Assembly: GCA_963719315.1 (NCBI GenBank)
Contig: CAVRBU010000002.1
Span: 1,120,001 to 1,184,000, forward strand
Source of the DNA: an uncultured Planctomycetota bacterium
Lineage (GTDB): Bacteria > Planctomycetota > Planctomycetia > Pirellulales > Lacipirellulaceae
Direction: 5' to 3'
Length of the DNA stretch: 64,000 bases
The notes under the pieces: model-generated
The model's database searches: none
Seen by the model: only the letters and a program-made list of their open reading frames with translations
Told to the model about the DNA's origin: nothing
Shown: positions 61,988 through 64,000 of the stretch, in pieces
How the letters are laid out: every line of letters begins with the position of its first letter
How positions within the stretch are numbered: the stretch's first letter is position 1
Program-made: the position numbers and the translations under genes

Positions 61988-62698
61988 TTAGGTTTCACGA
62001 ATGGTCGCTTCGCGCTGCTCAATCAATCGATGCAGCGAGCTGGCATCTTCCGCCGAACGAATCGAGGCCAGAAGCTCTTGATCGTTGATCACCCGGCTGA
62101 GGCGGGCGAGGATGCGCAAATGTTCGTGGTCGCTCGTCGAGCAGATCAAAAAAAATATGTTGGTAAGGTTTCCACCGCCGCCGAACGGAATGCCGCCCTG
62201 CGACACACCGAGTGCGAGAACTGCCTCGGCCAGAATCGCCGGCATAGGCCGGCGCGGATGCAGCAACGCCACACCATTGTCCAGAGCCGTGGAATGCATT
62301 GCTTCGCGAGCCCGCACCGCCTCAGCCATTTTTGCCGCGTCCCACAACAAATGCGTGCGGGCCGCCAACTCGGTCATCTTCAAAATCACGCTGCCCCGAG
62401 TGCGGGCGTCAAGCCGCACTTCGGTGGCCTCGACCTTTAGCAATTCGGAGATGGATACCTCATCCGCCTCAGCGTCGGCCGCCCGATCTAGGGCGCCTTC
62501 CATCTGCACGAGGGCGTCGTCGTCGGAAAGGCCGATGCGGTCCTCCAGCCAATGGTGGATTTCAGCGGCCGAAAATCGCCACTCGCCGCCCACGCGGCGG
62601 GCCGGCAGCTTGCCGCGCTCCGCTAGCTTGACGACCGCAGCCGGCGACATGTGCAAGTATGCCGCCAGCCGTTCAATATCAAAATCTGCTTGGGCCAT
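61988..62698 (-). CDS. PTS IIA (Ntr/fructose-type) protein with N-terminal excisionase-like HTH
   Basis: LAAYLHMS..GKLPARRVGGEWRF; RE..STALDNGVALLHPR, HLRILARLSR. Confidence 0.88.
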   Translation of the reverse strand: MAQADFDIERLAAYLHMSPAAVVKLAERGKLPARRVGGEWRFSAAEIHHWLEDRIGLSDDDALVQMEGALDRAADAEADEVSISELLKVEATEVRLDARTRGSVILKMTELAARTHLLWDAAKMAEAVRAREAMHSTALDNGVALLHPRRPMPAILAEAVLALGVSQGGIPFGGGGNLTNIFFLICSTSDHEHLRILARLSRVINDQELLASIRSAEDASSLHRLIEQREATIRET

Positions 62699-62951
62699 GA
62701 CCGTATTATATGCTTCTTACGCCGCTTGCGGCTTGGCGATGCGGCAAGCGATGAACGCTGGCATATAGAACAAAACCGTTTGCCTGCAAAGGTGAATCGC
62801 GGTGCGCCGCCGAAAACTCGCCTTGACGACCGTTCCAATTTTCAAGAACATTCGCCCGCTTCGTCCCGCGGCGTCCCTTTCGGGCACTCCGCGGCGATGA
62901 GCGCCCGCTTTTCCGAACATCGCACACACGCTGTAGGCAAGGAGGCCTCGC

Positions 62952-64000
62952 GTGACGCCATCGTCATTAGCAACCGCCGGAATCCCGCTCCGCAAATTGT
63001 TGGCAAATGACCTGCGCGGCGATTGCCGGCCCGATCTCTCCGCCACGAGCTGCGCCAGCGATTGGCGCCAAGTGCAGCCGGGCGACGTATTCATTGCCGT
63101 CACTGGCGATGAAGACGACGGACACGACCACGCGGTCGACGCGGTCGAGCGCGGGGCCGCCGCCGTGATTTGTGAGCGGCCGTTGCCGATTTTTAATGTG
63201 CCGGTATGCGTCGTCGCGGATAGCCGCGTTGCCTACGGCCGGCTGTGCCAGGCGTTGATGGGCAATCCTTCGCAGCACATGAAAGTCATCGGCGTTACGG
63301 GAACACACGGTAAAACGACCGTCGCGCGGCTGCTCTCCGCAATTCTGCGCGAGACCGGCGCCACGGTCGGCACGCTCGATTCATTTGGCTACTGGGACGG
63401 TGTCGAAGACCGCCCACCGCTCGGCGATCAAATGTCGCCGCCGTCGTTGGCCCGTTCGCTCGCCGAAATGGTGGCCAGCGGAGCAACCCACGCGGTCGTA
63501 GAGATCTCCAGCCAGGATTTGGCGCGACAAACATTTGCAGGCGTAACGCTCGATGCGGCCTGTATCACCCAGATCGGACGCCATCACCTCGATTGGCACG
63601 GCTCATTGCAAAACTACCGTCAAGCGAAACGACGCATCCTTGAACTCCTCGACCCCGACGCGGTCGCGATTTTGAACGCCGATGATCCAATCTCGGTCGA
63701 GATCCTCGACAACCTCACGCGACCTGTGCTGACCTTCGGGATGCGCGGCGCCAGCGAAATCTCGGCTCAGGTCATTGAGCAATATGTTAACGAGCAGACG
63801 TTCCTGCTGTCGGCCGGCGACGATTCTGTCGGCGTGCGAACGGAAATCATCGGCGACCATCATATTTACAACTGCCTTGCCGCCGCCACGACGGCCCTCG
63901 CCTATGGCGTGGAACTAACGACCATCGCCCGGGGCCTGGAGTCCGTCGATCGACTGCCGGGGCGGATGGAACGCGTGATGTGCGGCCAGGATTTCGCCGT
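62952..64000 (+). CDS. murE: UDP-N-acetylmuramyl-tripeptide synthetase (runs off window end)
   Basis: AAGGAGG RBS then GTG; PGDVFIAV, DGHD, IGVTGTHGKTT, VVEISS, HHLDWH, LNADD, PGRME. Confidence 0.88.
   Translation, partial: MTPSSLATAGIPLRKLLANDLRGDCRPDLSATSCASDWRQVQPGDVFIAVTGDEDDGHDHAVDAVERGAAAVICERPLPIFNVPVCVVADSRVAYGRLCQALMGNPSQHMKVIGVTGTHGKTTVARLLSAILRETGATVGTLDSFGYWDGVEDRPPLGDQMSPPSLARSLAEMVASGATHAVVEISSQDLARQTFAGVTLDAACITQIGRHHLDWHGSLQNYRQAKRRILELLDPDAVAILNADDPISVEILDNLTRPVLTFGMRGASEISAQVIEQYVNEQTFLLSAGDDSVGVRTEIIGDHHIYNCLAAATTALAYGVELTTIARGLESVDRLPGRMERVMCGQDFA

Overview
GC-rich bacterial chromosomal segment, very probably a planctomycete (PVC-type heme CxxCH protein, PEP-CTERM protein, HTH-fused PTS IIA, type-2 IleRS; taxon is inference). 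Layout: 1-8.4 kb carbohydrate/sugar-acid catabolic cluster; 8.4-13.4 kb decayed integrative element (HTH, tandem RHH, 37-bp palindromic repeat array, excisionase-like HTH, tyrosine integrase) abutting the 3' end of tRNA-Lys(CTT); 13.8-16.8 kb FG-GAP/PEP-CTERM pseudogene, intact IS5-family element, hicBA; then mostly housekeeping genes (cbiET, glgX, purM, dsbD-like, P-II, yacG, glycosylation genes, Rad50/Mre11-like pair, UvrD, rluD, mscL, ileS, purN, pgsA, rimO, murE). Most unusual signals: (1) several unrelated families of short palindromic or heptamer repeats sit in frame inside conserved genes (IleRS x3, UvrD x2, PurM, CbiET, AAA ATPase, kinase); (2) hicBA is bracketed by a ~100-bp diverged duplicate of the cbiET 3' end that starts right after such a repeat insert, suggesting repeat-associated gene-end replacement that delivers small cargo; (3) the CP1 editing region of ileS is an AT-rich, recoded patch inside a C-biased gene; (4) a six-unit 37-bp CACCA-N11-TGGTG array in the integrative element. 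Several single-base frameshifts in short runs look like sequencing errors. All calls come from reading motifs by eye; no searches were run.
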